In this document: positions 51,805 to 53,648 of the stretch, piece after piece
How positions within the stretch are numbered: position 1 is the first letter of the stretch
Layout of the letters: each line of letters starts with the position of its first letter
NCBI GenBank assembly: GCA_947176385.1
Contig: CAMWQN010000004.1
Location: 1-53,648 of the forward strand
Source: an uncultured Rickettsiales bacterium
GTDB taxonomy: Bacteria; Pseudomonadota; Alphaproteobacteria; Rs-D84
Length of the DNA: 53,648 nucleotides
Direction of reading: 5' to 3'
The notes under the pieces: generated by a model
Databases searched by the model: none
Seen by the model: only the letters and a program-made list of their open reading frames with translations
Told to the model about the DNA's origin: nothing
Position numbers and translations under genes: made by a program

Positions 51805-53082
51805 TTAGTGTTTTCCACCAATTTTTGTGCGACCACCCATGAGTCCTTGCAATTTTTTTGGAATGTTTACAGAACCGTCAGCGTTTTGGTGGTTTTCAAT
51901 TACTGGCACCAATGCGCGTGGCAGGGCGATTCCTGTATTATTTAATGTTGCGCAGAACTGCATTGTGCCATCGTTTGCACGGTAACGTGTGTTTGTGCGG
52001 CGTGCCTGGAATGTGCCAATCGAAGAGCATGAGCCCAATTCACGATATGTATTTTCGCTGGGGAACCATGCTTCGACGTCGTTCATTTTTACCTTGTTAA
52101 ATCCCATGTCGCCGGTCGAATTCGCAATTACGCGATATGGTAATTCCAAATCTTCCATGATTTCGCACAGGTTGTTCAATAAGTGTTCGTGCATTTGGTC
52201 ACTTTGTTCCGGTGTGCAATAAATGTATTGTTCAACCTTGTTAAACTGATGAAAACGTACCAATCCACGTGTGTCGCGACCGGCAGCACCGGCTTCTTTG
52301 CGGAAGCATGGTGAAAATCCTGCATATTTGATTGGCAGGTCACGTTCGTTTAATACTTCATCGCTGTGCAGGGAATTTAAAATAATTTCTGCGGTTCCTG
52401 CCAGGCATCTGTCTGTATCTGTCAGCATGAATACATCGCCGTTCATCACAGATAGGTCAGAACCGATAAAGTGTCCTGCGTTGAAAATTGTTTGTGGTTT
52501 TGTGATTGATGGACATTCAACAAAACGGAAACCTTTTTGAATCAATTTCTGAATTACGTATGTTTCGATAGCCAATTGTAATTCTGCGGCTTCACCCATC
52601 AGGGCATATGTACGCGTGCCACAAATGTTGGCGATTTTTTCAGGTGCCCACCAATTGTTCATATCCAATAAATCCCATTGTGCACGTGGGGTAAAGTCAA
52701 ATTCACGTGGGGTGCCAACGCGGCGTACTTCTATATTATCATTATCATCACGACCAATTGGGGCGTTCGCAGATGGTATTTGTGGTACGCGATGCATTAA
52801 ATCATTTAATAATGCTTCTTTATCTGCCAGTTCTGCCATGTCTGCGGCAATTTCTGCTGTGATTTCTTTGGAACGGGCAATCAAAGGTGCCTTGTCCGAT
52901 GCGGTTGGAATTTCACGTGTGACCTTGTTCTTTTCGGCGGTTTTGGTCTGGGTGATTGTTTTTAATTCACGTACACGTGCATCCAGTGCCAAAATTTCGT
53001 CTGTCGGGTCATTAAAACCTTTGACACGGCATGCGTTTTTTACCAAGTCCGGATTTTCACGAATAAATTTAATATCTAACAT
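51805..53082 (-). CDS. serS: Serine--tRNA ligase
   Basis: MLDIKFIRENPDLV, an N-terminal coiled coil, and class II motifs (FSPCFRKEAG, GLVRFHQFNKVE, NNTGIALPRALVPVIENHQ). Confidence 0.95.
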   Translation of the reverse strand: MLDIKFIRENPDLVKNACRVKGFNDPTDEILALDARVRELKTITQTKTAEKNKVTREIPTASDKAPLIARSKEITAEIAADMAELADKEALLNDLMHRVPQIPSANAPIGRDDNDNIEVRRVGTPREFDFTPRAQWDLLDMNNWWAPEKIANICGTRTYALMGEAAELQLAIETYVIQKLIQKGFRFVECPSITKPQTIFNAGHFIGSDLSVMNGDVFMLTDTDRCLAGTAEIILNSLHSDEVLNERDLPIKYAGFSPCFRKEAGAAGRDTRGLVRFHQFNKVEQYIYCTPEQSDQMHEHLLNNLCEIMEDLELPYRVIANSTGDMGFNKVKMNDVEAWFPSENTYRELGSCSSIGTFQARRTNTRYRANDGTMQFCATLNNTGIALPRALVPVIENHQNADGSVNIPKKLQGLMGGRTKIGGKH

Positions 53083-53228
53083 ACTTGCCCCTTAGGAATT
53101 TATATAATTTATTGATATATGTTAATTCTTATTTGGCGGATATTCAACAGTTTTATACGCTGTCGTTTTTATTTGCGTCATTAAAAAGGCTATGGTATGC
53201 TAAGCCTCAAAAGGAAAAGGATTTTATC

Positions 53229-53648
53229 ATGACAGATATTACAATGTATGATGTTATTATTTTGGGGTCAGGACCTGCTGGGTTGACCGCAGCATTGTAT
53301 TGCGCACGTGCAAATAAAAAGACTATTGTTTTGGGTGGTCCGACGTTGGGTGGTCAAATGGCTGGGATTGCAACACTGGAAAATTATCCTGGTTTCCGTG
53401 GCAGTGGTGTTGAACTGGCTGAATTTATGAAAAGTCAGGCTGAATCATTTGGTGCCGAAGTAGTGTTCGTTTCTGCCAAGAATATTTCTGGCGACGTGGA
53501 AAGTGGGTTTAATGTCTTGTGTGATGACGGTAAAAAATATGTCGGTAAAGTCGTTATTGTCGCGACAGGGGCGTCCCCACGTAAACTGGAAATAGCAGGC
53601 GCACGTGAATTGATGGGCAAGGGCGTATCATATTGCGCTACATGTGAC
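53229..53648 (+). CDS. trxB: Thioredoxin-disulfide reductase (3' end truncated by the window edge)
   Basis: YDVIILGSGPAGLTAALYCARA, ENYPGF, VIVATGASPRKL, and the window ends at the redox-active SYCATCD. Absent from the ORF track because the window contains no stop codon. Confidence 0.85.
   Translation, partial: MTDITMYDVIILGSGPAGLTAALYCARANKKTIVLGGPTLGGQMAGIATLENYPGFRGSGVELAEFMKSQAESFGAEVVFVSAKNISGDVESGFNVLCDDGKKYVGKVVIVATGASPRKLEIAGARELMGKGVSYCATCD

Overview
This looks like a chromosomal segment from a low-GC, fast-evolving proteobacterium. The gene content resembles alphaproteobacteria: a helicase-less AddB-type nuclease, DUF721/DciA, LolCD and divergent lpoA/rsmI. All similarity calls come from reading the ORF translations and folding RNA by hand; no searches were run.

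The backbone is housekeeping: aspS, uvrB, tsaE, ftsQ-ftsA, lolC/E-lolD, tRNA-Thr, tRNA-Gly-tRNA-Tyr, rsmI, engB, addB, xth, an acyl-CoA synthetase, mnmE, ruvA, yebC, ruvC, mltA, secB, recA, typA, serS and a partial trxB. I saw no rRNA, CRISPR array, transposase, integrase or prophage.

Segments worth a second look:
- FtsA is fused in frame to a complete ribulose-phosphate 3-epimerase-like domain.
- One seven-gene co-directional unit embeds lolCD between a secretin-like lipoprotein and three exported Cys-containing proteins. Two of those proteins share an unrecognised six-Cys C-terminal module.
- Two copies of an attenuator-like 5' leader (CCUCCAA / GGUUGGAGG / AACCUCCAACCAC / terminator) precede unrelated small genes.
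- Two signal-peptide proteins carry phage-tail-fibre motifs outside any prophage.
- A Slam (DUF560) gene pairs with a TbpB-like lipoprotein, i.e. a type XI secretion pair.
- An encapsulated-ferritin-like gene has no encapsulin next to it.
- An AT-rich islet carries a HigB/HigA-type toxin-antitoxin pair with a promoter-embedded palindrome.
- A six-gene glycosyltransferase cluster lies between recA and typA.
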